In this document: piece by piece, positions 38,096 through 50,740 of the stretch
How the letters are laid out: each line of letters opens with the position of its first letter
Position numbering within the stretch: the stretch's first letter is position 1
NCBI RefSeq assembly: GCF_004010195.1
Contig: NC_057719.1
Coordinates: 23,439,217 to 23,503,216, forward strand
DNA: 64,000 nucleotides
Direction of reading: 5' to 3'
Origin: Chiloscyllium plagiosum
Taxonomy: Eukaryota
Position numbers and translations under genes: made by a program
Notes under the pieces: generated by a model
Told to the model about the DNA's origin: nothing
The model's input: the letters and a program-made list of their open reading frames with translations, nothing else
The model's database searches: none

Positions 38096-40144
38096 CATAC
38101 TCTTTAAGATAGACAGGTCGGACTGGGAATTTACCAACTTCTGTTATGGCATTTCTACACATCACTGCTCAGAACTTCTACCAAATACAATATTACACAT
38201 ATATTCAGAGCTTAAACCATTTATCCAGGCTTCTTTCAAATGCTATTGAACTACTACCCACTGATGGTATGCAATGGACAGATATATAAACAGACATTTT
38301 AACAATGTATGTCAGATCTTATTATTAGCTATTTAAGAAGATTATTATACTCTATGTATTATGGTCAGTTACTTGTCTTTCTCAAATTTGTTTCTTCAGG
38401 ATTCCGCACGTCATAAATTACTCTGATTTTATTTTAAAGGCAAATCAAGATCTTTTTCCAATAATTGGAACTCCATTTCCGACATCACATTTTCAAGCAT
38501 TCACATTCAGTTCTACTCCAGTGGCTCTTTAGCTCATTGATCCATTATCAAGGCTTTAATTATACTTGTTTGGTTTTCAATACCGATTTTGAAGAAGTCT
38601 TTCACTGGAAAGCAGCCAAACATAACTAAATACCACAGTCCTCCACTTCAGTCTGAAATAATCTAAATTAGGTTAAAGAGAGAAAGAGAGAGAGAGAGAA
38701 GTTGAGAATAAATGCAAGATCCTGCAAATGGTGGAGATCTGAAATAAAAACAATAAGTGCTGCAAAAACTCAGCAAGTTTGACAGCATCTGGAGAGAGAG
38801 AGATCAAAACGTTTAAAGGTAGAATCTCATAGGGCTCTAAGTAATTTGGGCTGTGGCAAGATTTGTGGCAGAATTGAATGAGAAGTCCAACAAGGACCAT
38901 CTCAACATTGGGAGCATCACACTGCATCTTTGGCAAGTTTCTTGATGAGTTCCAGTTCAGGAAGACTATTCCCAGTTTATGTTGTTGATGGCCAACTCAC
39001 ATCGTTAATATTCAGTTTACTAACTCACCTCACAAGCTAGACTTGAGAATCTCTACACAGAAATCAGAGCAAATAACTGACAGGTTCAGCTCACCGCCTC
39101 CTCCAAACTACCTCAATTTTGCACAACATCAAACTACAGCTCAGGGCACATTCCACTGGCATTAGCCACATGCAACCCTTATCCATGGATACTGACACCC
39201 AGTATTCAGCAACCCCACAGAATCATGGCTCCTTTCCACTACACTGCTAGACCTCTTTGCAAACACAGACTTGCATTGCAAGCTACACAAAAGACACTTG
39301 ACCTGAATAGAGAGGGACCCAGCTCAGGGATTGGACCAAGTTGCATGTCAGCGTGACTTGCTTGCTCTTTTAATATTCACTCACTTAACACCTGCCTGCA
39401 AGTTCATGTCATCCTTGCCTTTCCATTAGTACAGTCACACAATTCGACAGCTTGCTTGTTGCTCAGTGGTCCTCAGTCTAGAAGGAGCACATCTTGCTAT
39501 ACAGCAGAGTGCTACATCAATCTCACACAGATACCATGTGATTTTCAACTTGGTTCATCAGATGATGGGACGAATGGTACATTAGTATTAACAGGAGATT
39601 TCCTTGTTCATGTTTGATCCAACGCCATGAAACTTCATGGAGCATGGGGCCAATATTGAGGACTCCCAGGACAACTCCTCCCCAGTTGTGTCTCACCGTA
39701 CCAAAGCATAGAGAAAGTGTTTTTCCTTTAACAGTTGATTACGTTGGTGTCTGGAGCATTATCTATAAAATATGATTCCATGAACATGTCTATTTTAGGC
39801 TATTTCTTGTCTAATTTATGAGATAACTCTCCCAATTTGCAGAATTGACAGGGCAACGTTTGCTGCTGTTGTTTCCAGTGTCTAAGTCAATGCTGGCTGA
39901 TTGATCTGATTTTTTTTGCTTTATTCTTTCGACTTTGGAGCAGTTTTGAAACAACTGTGAGGCTTACTATGTCAGAGGGCATATTAAAGGTCACCAAAAT
40001 GTCTGTGGGACTTTGCTGCAGAAGGTGATGACTCTTTCCCTTGAAATTTTCCTCTCTCTAATGCACTGGCCACTTACTCCTTTTAATACAATCTATGCTG
40101 TGTCAATCATTTGTCTGAACCCTTTTAGCCAGGGACAACACGGT

Positions 40145-40457
40145 GGGCGACACGGTGGCACAGTGGTTAGCACTGCTGCCTCACAGCGCCTGAGACCCGG
40201 GTTCAATTCCCGCCTCAGGCGACTGACTGTGTGGAGTTTGCATGTTCTCCCCGTGTCTGCGTGGGTTTCCTCCGGGTGCTCCGGTTTCCTCCCACATTCC
40301 AAAGATGTGCAGGTCAGGTGAATTGGCTATGCTAAATTGCCCGTAGCGTTAGGTAAGGGGTAAATGTAGGGGTATGGGTGGGTTGCGCTTCGGCGGGTCG
40401 GTGTGGACTTGTTGGGCCGAAGGGCCTGTTTCCACACTGTAATCTAATCTAATCTAA
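40145..40457 (+). mobile_element. HE1 SINE, full length, young
   Basis: Near-identical to 767-1074; (AATCT)n tail. Confidence 0.95.
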
Positions 40458-40919
40458 AAACAACTCATAATATCAAAATGACCATTGTCCCTTTGCCCGC
40501 CTTCATCTGAAGGTTAGTTTATCATTCTTTTGAAGAACAAACTTATTTTCCAAAAGACTATGTCGATAATCGGGAATATATAGTGCGAGATAAATCTTTG
40601 ATACCAATGCACATCATTACTTTGTGTGATCATAGTGATTCTGCTAAACTTTCCTTTTGTTTTCATATACTAGAAATCTGGAAAGATGCTTACTGATGCC
40701 ACAGCCAGTTAAATATGGTCTCATGCTACACAGTAATTGCTATGATAATTCAGTTTGAAAGGGATCTTGGTTTCAACAATCCATAGCAGTGGGCTATTGG
40801 AAACCAAAGATGTTTTCGCGTGTATTAGGCCACTGTGCAGGAGTCATGTGTTTGAACTGTGGAATCCAGAATCATGAAAAGCTAATGGAAATGCTTCCAT
40901 GAAGATTTGGTCATAGAGA

Positions 40920-41258
40920 CATAGAATCCCTACAGCGTAAAAACAGGCTCTTCAGTCCAACAAGTCCATAACGACCCTCCAAAGAGTAACCCACCCAGAC
41001 CCATTCCCCTCCATTGCATTTTCCCCTGACTAATACATCTAACCTACACATCCCTGAATACTATGGGCAATTCAACATGGCCAATTCACCTAACCTGCAT
41101 ATCTTTGGATTGTGGGAGGAAACCGGAGCACCCCTAGGAAACCCACACAGACATGGGGAGAACATACAAACTCCACACAGACAGTCGCCCGAGGCTGGAA
41201 TCAAACCCAAATCCCTGACACTGTGAGGCAGCAGTGCTAACCACTGAGTCACTGTGCC
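40920..41258 (-). mobile_element. HE1 SINE (older variant)
   Basis: Reverse complement of HE1. Confidence 0.92.
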
Positions 41259-41352
41259 AAAGCTGGAATATTAAGGAGATATCAAAATGAGTTCGAGAGA
41301 TATGACATATCTTTTAAATTGTTTGAAAAGTGAATGAGGTTTTTTTCCCAAA

Positions 41353-41992
41353 AGATTAGATTACTTACAGTGTAGAAACAGGCCCTTCGGCCCAACAAGT
41401 CCACACTGACCCTCCAAAGAGATCAGATTAGATTACTTACAGTGTGGAAACAGGCCCTTCAGCCCAACAAGTCCATATCGACCCGCCGAAGCGCAACCCA
41501 CCCAGACCCATTGCCCTACACTTACCCCTTTACCTAACACTACGGGCAATTTAGCATGGCCAATTCACCTAACCTGCACATTTTTGGAATGTGGAAGGAA
41601 ACCGGAGCACCCAGAGGAAACCCACGCAGACACGGGGAGAATGTGCAAACTCCACACAGGGAGTCGCCTGAGGCGGGAACTGAATCCGGGTCTCTGGCGC
41701 TGTGATGCAGCAGTGCTAACCACTGTGCCACCGTGCCGCCGCGCAACCCACCCAGACCCATTCCCCTACATTTATCTCTTCACCTAACACTACGGGCAAT
41801 TTAGCATGGCCAATTCACCTGACCTGCACATCTTTGGATTGTGGGAGGAAACTGGAGCACCCGGAGGAAACCCACGCAGACATGGGGAGATCGTACAAAC
41901 TCCACACAGAGAGTCACCCATTGTAGGAATCAAACCCAGGTCCCTGGTGCTGTGAGGCAGCAGTGTTAATCACAGAGCCACCATGCCGCCCC
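41353..41992 (-). mobile_element. Nested HE1 SINEs: tail piece 41353-41421, full copy 41425-41740, head and body piece 41741-41992
   Basis: The two outer pieces are complementary parts of one HE1, split at ..CCCTCCAAAGAG | (GC)GCAACCCACCC by a complete copy. Confidence 0.88.
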
Positions 41993-43099
41993 GTTTAACA
42001 ACTTCAAGTTTTTGGAGTTGTTTTTACAGCTTAGTATAATAATCATGATCATTCTAATTTGATAATGTTTTGGGAAGTCTTTATTGCCCCAGGTGTATAT
42101 TAACTTGGCATTGATATTGTATTTGGGGTGTGAAATTGCATTTGTAATTTTATTAATTTGTCTAATTAAAATGTGATGTTCAGGCATTCAGATACATGGA
42201 TTATACTCTAATTGTCTTTGCCCTCCATCTAGTTTATTTTGACACTAGTGGAAACTATGACCAACCCATTAAAAAAAGGTCACAGAATTTCACTTATTAA
42301 GCTCCTTAATTCACATCATCAAATCTAATGTCCCTTTGGACAAATTATTTTACCACTTGCAGTTAATTAAGATGCAAAAGATTACTTAAAAAAACATTAA
42401 TTTCATGCATGTTAATTGTGACTAATTAACTCCAGTTTAAAAGCTAAATACCTTTATGAATGTATTCTGATATTCAACTGTACACAATGTATTCTGTAAG
42501 GAAGTGTATATGGTCTTTTGATTATTTTACTTGTTAACCACAAATGGTGTTGATTCAAGGGAGATTTGGAGCTCCACAGAGATCCAGGCAGCAATCATCG
42601 AAGGTCAACTGCAAAGGCCAAGGACAGCCTGAAGATTTTTACTACAATACTAATGCAAGTAAGAATATTGGTCAAAGCCATTTGCCTGATCCACCAATAG
42701 AAGTAACTAGTTAACCCACAAAAGCCATGTTTAATTTTATGAGCTGTATCCCTTCAGTTTCTTTAACCTTCCAGCTTTACTGTTTTATTTCTTTTACATG
42801 AGCTTTCATTGGACCAACTAACTAAGTAAACATAAAGTATGTTGGAGATATGAAATAATAACAGAAAATGCTGAGGAAACTCAGCAGATTTGTCAGCATC
42901 TCTGCAGGGGCTTGAATAGTTAATGTTTCAAGTCTTCTGACGCTTCTATCTGCCTCCCTCTTTATCATAACCCAGGTATCAATTGTGCACATCATCGCCC
43001 AAAGACATTGGCATCCGGCATCTGCCAAACCTTGTGAACATCATGGCATCTCTGTAATGTACTGAGAGTACACTCTGGAAGCACAGACTTGCCAAGCAG

Positions 43100-46000
43100 A
43101 ATGTACCAGCATTTGGTAGCGAAAATGCTGACTGTACACCCCCAGTAACCAGCTCCTAGACCGAAGTAGGCTGCATCTCAGGGCTTCATGTCAGCTCTCT
43201 TAGTGCTCACTCACTTTGCGCCTACTTGTTCATTTACAGCTTCATTCCATTTCTTTGCCTTGCCAATTAGCAGAGCCACAAGAGCAAGCCCTTTTGCTTT
43301 GCTGCTAAGCAGTCCTCTGACTAGGGGCTGCACATCTTGCTGTATGGCAGTGTGCTTTGTCAATCTCACATGTGCTCCATGTGACAGCAGCTTACACTGT
43401 AAATATACTGTATTTGCAGCAAGCAGCAGCCATGTTTCCAGCTTATAGAGGGGGCAGTCCTCAATGAAGTCCATGGAGGCACCCACCAGTCACAGACTCC
43501 CAGCTCAGTGAGAAAAAGTTAGCCTCCTATACCATTCAAAGGTATTAGCCACTGTGATACATCCAGTCAGAGCCTTACTAGTGAGGGTGTCTGTATCTCC
43601 ACAGTCAAGGCAATGGGCCATAAGCAATTTATTGATTCCTCAGCATCTGGTCCAGGAGATAGGGCTAATGCAGTAATGTAAGGGCACCAATCATATCCAT
43701 GGCCAGTCCATCAGGTCCCTCCACAGAAACTACAGAGGAAGAAGGATGCAAGTGTAGCCATCGCTATAGGACTGTGCCTCGGCAGGTTATTGTCCAGCAC
43801 CAGGGCCTTCAGGCTCTGGGAATGATTGCAGTAATGTAAGGGCACCAATCATATCCATGGCCAGTCCATCAGGTCCCTCCACAGAAACTACAGAGGAAGA
43901 AGGATGCAAGTGCAGCCATCGCTATAGGACTGTGCCTTGGCAGGTTATTGTCCAGCACCAGGGCCTTCAGGCTCTGGGAATGATGTAGTGCAATTGTGAT
44001 GGGGGGGGCGAGGTGGGTGAAGGGGGTCATAGCAGGATTTACTAGCATGGAATATGCTAAAACATGGCTGGGTAGGGTGTAATGTGGATGCGGAAACAGT
44101 GTCCACAGTCAGGAACACTTAAGCTTAAAGGGACAGGCTGTGTGCAATCCTACTTGGCATGGTAACCTCATATACCAGGGGCTGGGTGGGAAAGGTAGGC
44201 AGGTAGGAGCACATAGACAGGTTCAGTGGGGATCTGGGGAAGTGTGGCCTCTGTGGAGTTTATAGGATGGACTACTAGAAAAGGGATGTGAATGCTTGGG
44301 GGCTTACCAACACATTCAGGAGGACACTGGAAGCCACTGGCCAAAGAGTGCTGTCTATCACCTTCCATGGAGCTGGAAATCGGAAATATTCAATGGGAAG
44401 AAAACGGCTGTAAGCACTCACAGAGTGGGTAGAGCAAGTGACTCGATCTGTGAGAGAGGGTGTTGCTACAACCTCCGATCATAGGGACTTTAAGAACATG
44501 AGAACACAGGATGCCTCCTCCCAGGTCATTGATCCTCTGTGTAATCTACTTCCCAAGTGGACAACCCATTGGCAGCAATTCCTTTATGGACAGAGGAAAC
44601 AAAACATTAGAAATACTTAGTGTGAAAGGAAAAGGTGACCCAGTGGCCTGTGTACACGTTGTTCCCCTGGTTCCAGATGGTGTAGTCAGCTCTCAGCACA
44701 GACTCCATCTATTTAACTTCCTTAGTGGAGGTCAATAATTTGAAAATTTATTTAGGTCCACAAAGACAGCCTTATAACCACAGAAAGGTCAAAATCAGAA
44801 GCATTCCTGCATAAACCACAAGTGCTCCCTCTCACTACCATTTGTTGCAGCCCCTGAATCTGCAGCTGAGTTGCAGCGAACCTGCTTGGATGTTGAGCCC
44901 ATTGGCCCTGGAGGGTTTGTCAAGTGACATCATTGGCACTAGTGTTCTGATGGGCAAGGCATGCTGAGGGTCACCTTGACAGGGGGCTTCAACTTCCAAA
45001 GATTAAAGAGGCAGCAGAGGAGGTGGACACCTGGCCACCTCTACAGTTCCTTGAGTAGAAAGCGCTGAGGGACTTTTGTGTGGTTCCATGTCTGCCTCGA
45101 GATGTCCAGGGACCACCCTGTCTCTTTGTGATGAGGAATGTGAAGGTCCCTAACCCCACCCCCTGTTGCCATGACTTTGAGTCTAAGAACCAATGGCTGG
45201 GTGAAAAAGGTCAGATGTATCGGCTTCTGCAGCAACCCCTGAAGGTGATGGACCTGGATCTCCATCGCAACTGTCAACCTGTCCATCGAGGTAGCCAGGC
45301 GGGCGAATGATCCATTGCACTGCTGCAATCTCTGGGCAGAGAAGACCATTGCCTCCCATCTGCCTTTCTGTTGCTGCTGCTCCTCCCTCTGCATTTGGAT
45401 GAAGTCCCTATTGCAGACTGGACAGTGTCCTCTCCTCTCTGGGGTTGAGCAGGTTCCTGGTTTCTGGCAGTCCTCCATGTACCATTGACTAAAGATGTTT
45501 CTCCCTTGGCTAGCTACAGGACTGTCACAGTGAGGTGCTCACTACAGTATGGATCTACACTTTCCATGCTAAGGTTTACCCCAAGATGTTAGTACCTGGC
45601 CTGGTGTGGGGACAGGAGGCAGTCTTTACAATGAGTCGTCGCGGACCTTGATATTCCCACCCCCAGCAATGTTCGCTTTAAACCGTGTGACCACATGCTT
45701 GCATAGCTGCTCTGATGATCCACATGCAACGATCGGCATGAGCACACCAATCGCAACATTGCCTTTCAGTTTCGGAAGTCACTGCCGCACACTGACCTTG
45801 GAGGCTAGTGAGAGGGAATGCTGGACCTCAGACATCTAGCAGGGCACTCCTTGTGGTGCCAGGCATTTCTCTGCAGAAGGCGCGGAGAAGCTGGTACAAC
45901 ATGCGAGAGACAAAACAGCAAAGGCAATGCAGCCAGTGGTTAGAAATCATGTGGCAACGACTGAGATCAACAGCACGGTTAAAGGCAGAGCGGCAGTCGA

Positions 46001-47100
46001 GCTAAGAGTGCTACGTATTCATATGGCACCCCTTCTGAGGACAACATCCCAGTGTTCTCATGCAAGGTCCAGGATTCTCTCCTCAGTGCGGACTTGGATT
46101 TCAGGCACCCCGTCGGGTTCTCTCTGCCTTCTTATAGGCTGTCTTCTTTCTTGACCAGCCACAGAGACATGCATCCTCTAACAGTTCAAATTCTTCTTCT
46201 TCAGAGGTAGGGATGGAGCTAAGGGTCTCTGCCACTGAACTCATTGTGAAGGTTTACTAGGCACCACTAGTAGAAAGTGAGGACTGCAGATGCTGAAGAT
46301 CAGAGTTAAAAAATGTAGTGCTGGAAAAGCACAGCCAGTCAAGCAGCATCCGAGGAGCAAGAGAGTTAACATTTCAGGCAGAAGCCCTTCATGATGAAGA
46401 TCTAATGTTCATTATCTCTCACTAGTCTTGGACCTCGCAGCTTGCTCATGGGCCAGATTTTCCTGTAATAAGACAAAGAAAGGGACTGAGAATTCAAGAC
46501 TTGGGTAGAAGAGTAGTTAGTGGTGATATTTGAACAGGAGAAGTTGTAAGGAGGAGTGAGTAAGAAACATAAAGGAGAGGAAGGGGCATAAATTGGGATG
46601 AGGTGGGTGAGAACCATTAAGTGAACATGTTACTCACAATATTGAGACCTGTCATCCATAAGCCTTGATAAGATGTGTTTGCAATGACAGAATTAGAGTG
46701 AATAGTAGCCCTGAGAGTGTCAGATAGCAGAGATAAAATGATAACCCTTATCATCGTGCAGACCAGATGATCATCAATTTTCTTTCTACACTGCTGGGCA
46801 TCTCTTTTCACTCGTGACACCGCAGGCTGGTTGGGTCATATGGAGGTCAGATTGAAAAAAGAGTGCCCTCTTCTTCACTACCCCATCCACCATCATCTCC
46901 AGTTCTCTGGCCACAAAGCAAGCAGCTCTGTTGTCATTTGGCTAGGCCATGTCTTCGTTGATAACAGTCAGGCTCTCTTCTTGGTTTGTAGTGCTTGGAG
47001 TGGTGAGCAGCTGGACTGAGTATTGTGCCAAAGGCATCTAGTTTGCAAGGTCACACGCCCCCCCCCGGCTGCACAATTCTTGGAGTAAAGCACTTAACAA
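43100..47100. mobile_element. Decayed PIF/Harbinger-type element: Myb/SANT gene on - (about 46960-45040), possible transposase remnant on + (about 44300-44750)
   Basis: Minus strand: RAACFVARELEMMVDGVVKKRALFFQSD..KRDAQQCRKKIDD; second segment EKTAYKKAER..GVPEIQVRTEERILDLA. Transposase similarity is weak. Confidence 0.6.
43669..43984 (+). repeat. 158-bp tandem duplication
   Basis: Units 43669-43826 and 43827-43984 differ at only two substitutions that I could see (GTGTAGCC/GTGCAGCC, CCTCGGC/CCTTGGC). Confidence 0.93.
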
Positions 47101-47867
47101 GCCGACTGCAGAGCTAATGAAGTGAAGAGTAGAAGACTGAGTGAGCAAAGTTGCTCGGAGCCAGTTGACATGAAATTCACTTGCCAAAGCAGTTCAACTG
47201 AAGTTGGAAATATCCTGTCAATGTGTGCAATACAAGTGCAGGGGCTGACAGAAATAACAAACTGCTAAAGAATGAGAAGAGTTCTGCACATAATGGTGAA
47301 CTTAGATAACTCATAGTGTAAATTCTAATGCATACAAGTTTTATTTTGATTTAAAGGGGATGTGTGAGATAGAATCACTATTAGACCAATGTACTTCTTG
47401 GTTTGCCAGAGTCATGTGACCTTAGTAATGAGGCACTCAATGTTGTCTTGCATCTTACAGCCAGTTCAATTAAGACACAGTAAAAGCTAGACTGCAATTC
47501 TGTGAGCTCATAACATTAAACTATTGCGGTCTGAGTATTTTATTATCCTTAGGTAGCTTGATCCATCATCTGTTGAAGGTTCCTCTGAACAGTAGCACTA
47601 TGAATCTTCACACCTCAATTATTACATGATAGAAAAAATGACCGTTGTGGGATTGCCTTGACAGTATCATATAAAATTGCTTTCAAACACTGATTTACTG
47701 CCTAAAAGTAAAACCTATATTTTACAATTATACAGAGAGCCTTTGGGCAGAATGTTTTATTTGTTGGCATTGTTGCCCAAACGAAGAGATACCAAACCTC
47801 TTCTGAGGTTCTGCCCTGTTCCCAACACAGCTCTGGATCCCCAAATGCACAACCACATATATGCTAG

Positions 47868-47946
47868 GAGAAAGTGAGGACTGGTGATGCTGGAGATCAG
47901 AGTCAAGAGTGTGTTGTTGGGAAGACACAGCCGGTCAGACAGCATC
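47868..47946. mobile_element. Short Penelope-derived fragment (related pieces at about 36035-36145, 38700-38820, 42850-42940, 46270-46400, 63250-63375)
   Basis: GAAAGTGAGGACTG..GATGCTG.AGATCAGAGT shared with 46273-46310. Confidence 0.6.
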
Positions 47947-48439
47947 ACCAAGACACAAACAAAACAACCTCCAAGTGTAATGAAATTAGAGCCGCATCTT
48001 ACGTGCAGTAGGTGCCTGCATTAGGATCTCCAATTTGTTTTATCACTCAGTTAAGGAGATTGAGGGAGGTGAGGCCTCCGAAAGGCTTCACCAAACCAAT
48101 CTGGAGAAGACGAAACAAAGACTGAAGATATTTGGTGGCCAAGAGAATTGAAGGGAGGGAAGGCTAGTCAAACTTCCCAAAGAGCAAGAAAAGTTTTTAT
48201 TTTCTGACTGCATGCAGCAGGTAAGTGTCAAAGTGATATTACTTCAACAAATTAATTCAACCCATGCTGAATGCACAAATTCTGATAAGGTCAATGCTGG
48301 AGGAAACAGCTGAGAATGATCTTGGTAAATATTAGGATTATATCTTATGAATTTTTGAAGCTGTGAAAATTTTCATCATGCGTAGAACATTGCTAACGTA
48401 AATATTTCATTCTGAAGAAATTGTCAAGACTCTTGTTGT

Positions 48440-50740
48440 CAACTACTTAAGTTATATCCACATATCCTCAATTCTCAATCCAAATTCTCAGTTCAAACAC
48501 CTTCCACTCTCATCCTTGTTTTCAAATGCCTCTCTGTGGCCTGTCTCTTCCTTACCTCTGCAATCTGCAAGAGACCGACATGTGACCTTATAAGTCTGGA
48601 TGTTTAAACATCCCCAATTTTCACCAGATTATCATTAGTGACTGAGCCTAGAATTCCCTCCGTGAACCTCTCTACTTCTACACTTCCTTTAAAACCCATG
48701 AAGTACACCTTTGGTCAGCTTCCTGAATATTTCCTCATGTGGTTTGGTGTCATATTTTGTTTTATAATGCCTTCATGAAGTACCTTAGGATATTTTTTGT
48801 TACATTAAAGGAGCTACATAAATACGAGACTTTTAGCAGAATGAAATGTTGGCGGCGATGTTTGCAAAGGTGATCTTTTATATGGACTCAACAACTAATT
48901 GATTCATTCCAGTTGTGCCAATGTTGTAAGTTTGGGTATGTTAGTCAAGTCCAAGGTTAAATGGGTAAATGTTAATATTTGGATCTGGTGTAGACATAAT
49001 TATAGAGAAAGTATGTATGCACAGAGAATTGAAACATCTCAATTAAATATCTTCCTGCTTAAAATAAGACAATTGTAACAACGTGTACCATTCCAAGACA
49101 ATAGAAATCGAGCAATCTAGGGATATTAAATAGCATAACTTAGCAAGAGAATCCCTTTTGTGCAGAAGGAGGTCATTTGGCACTCAAGTCCACACCAACC
49201 CTCCAAAGGATATCCCAACCAGACTCACTACCATATCCCATAAACGCACATTTACCATGGCTAATCCGCCTAGCTGACATATCCCTGAATGCGATGGACA
49301 ATTTTTCAGCATGGCCAATCCACCTAATTTTCACATCTTTGGACTGTGGGAGGAAACCATGCAGACCCTGGGAGAATGTGCAAACTCCACACAGGCAGCC
49401 ACCCAAGGTTAGAATTGAAACCAGGTCCCTGGTGCTGTGAGACAGCATTGATAACCAACTGAGCCACCATGCCATCTAATACCCTCACACCTCCTCCGCC
49501 CCCCCCCCCCCACCCACCCTCTCACCAAGGTGTAATTGGAAGTAGCTCCTATCAATCCTATTTCGTCCATGAAAAATAATATAGCTATACCCAAACAAAA
49601 TACTTGTGAAGTAAGCTACTTTTGGTTTGTTAATGAGAAACAATACACTCCTGGTTACTTGCTAGCACTTAATTCAAGATCTTTTCATTAGATGTTCAGT
49701 CAGGTACTTCGGTGCTCAAGTAAGGCCAGAAAATTAGCAACTGCCTCAGTTATTTGTCTCAAATGTTCAGCAATAATGTGAATCCAATTTAAGTGGAATC
49801 CAATTTGTGAGATGTTGTGCAGAAACTCATCTTTGAAACTATGCCAGCCACAATTGCTTCAAGACAGCAATGCATTTTCAACAACAACAATAATTTCTAC
49901 TTATATAGTGCCTTTAACATAACAAAATGTCTCGAGGTCCCATACAAGTACTCCATACAGAAAACAAACATTATCAATCCACATAAGGGGATACAAGGGC
50001 AGATGACAACGAGCTTTGGATTTTAAGGAGTACCTTAAAAGAGAATAGCAAAGTCGGGAGGTGGCAAGGTGTAAGGAGGGATTTCCAGAGCTTAGGACCT
50101 TGGAAATCAAAGACCAGGCCAACAAACAATTAAAATCAATGCTAGTCAATGGGCTGCAATTAGAGGGTTGTGAAGTTGGAGAAGATTGTAAAGATAATGG
50201 ACTTCTTTGAAAATAAGGTTGAATACTTTTTAATTAAAATGTTGCTTGATTTAGAGCTGGTGTCAGCAGGCAGGCATAGGGGTGACAGAGAAACAATCCT
50301 TCTTCTCAGTAGCAGTATTTTGGTAACCTCAGGTTTATGAAGTGTAGAGTATGCAAAGCCAGCCAGAAATGTTCACATGGCCAGGCCGACAGGTAACAAA
50401 GACATGATTGGCTGTTGCAGTAGCAGATTAGCTGAGACATGGGAAAGGTCAGACAGTGTAACAGAATAGACAATCTTATTTATGGCATCGATAATTGATT
50501 GCAAATTCACTTCAATGTAAAATACTGACACCAAGATGATACATAGACTGACTTAATTTCAAACTGTCGGGAAGAGAACTGAAATAGGTAGTTAGGAAAT
50601 GGAGCTTGGAGCAGGGACCAAAAGATCTGTTTAAATTTTCCCAAAACTTAACTAGAGAAAATTTCTGCTCATGTAGCATTGAATGTTGGCTAAGCAGTGT
50701 ACTAATTGGGTAAGGTGGAGGAGTCAACAGATAAGATACA
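48440..50740. mobile_element. L2 LINE 3' fragments (about 48440-48830 +, about 49878-50740 -)
   Basis: L2-type 3' end TTACATTAAAGGAGCTACATAAAT and its reverse-complement counterpart TTATATAGTGCCTTTAACATAA. Confidence 0.6.
49147..49473 (-). mobile_element. HE1-family SINE, diverged
   Basis: Reverse complement of the HE1 V-domain and head. Confidence 0.85.
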
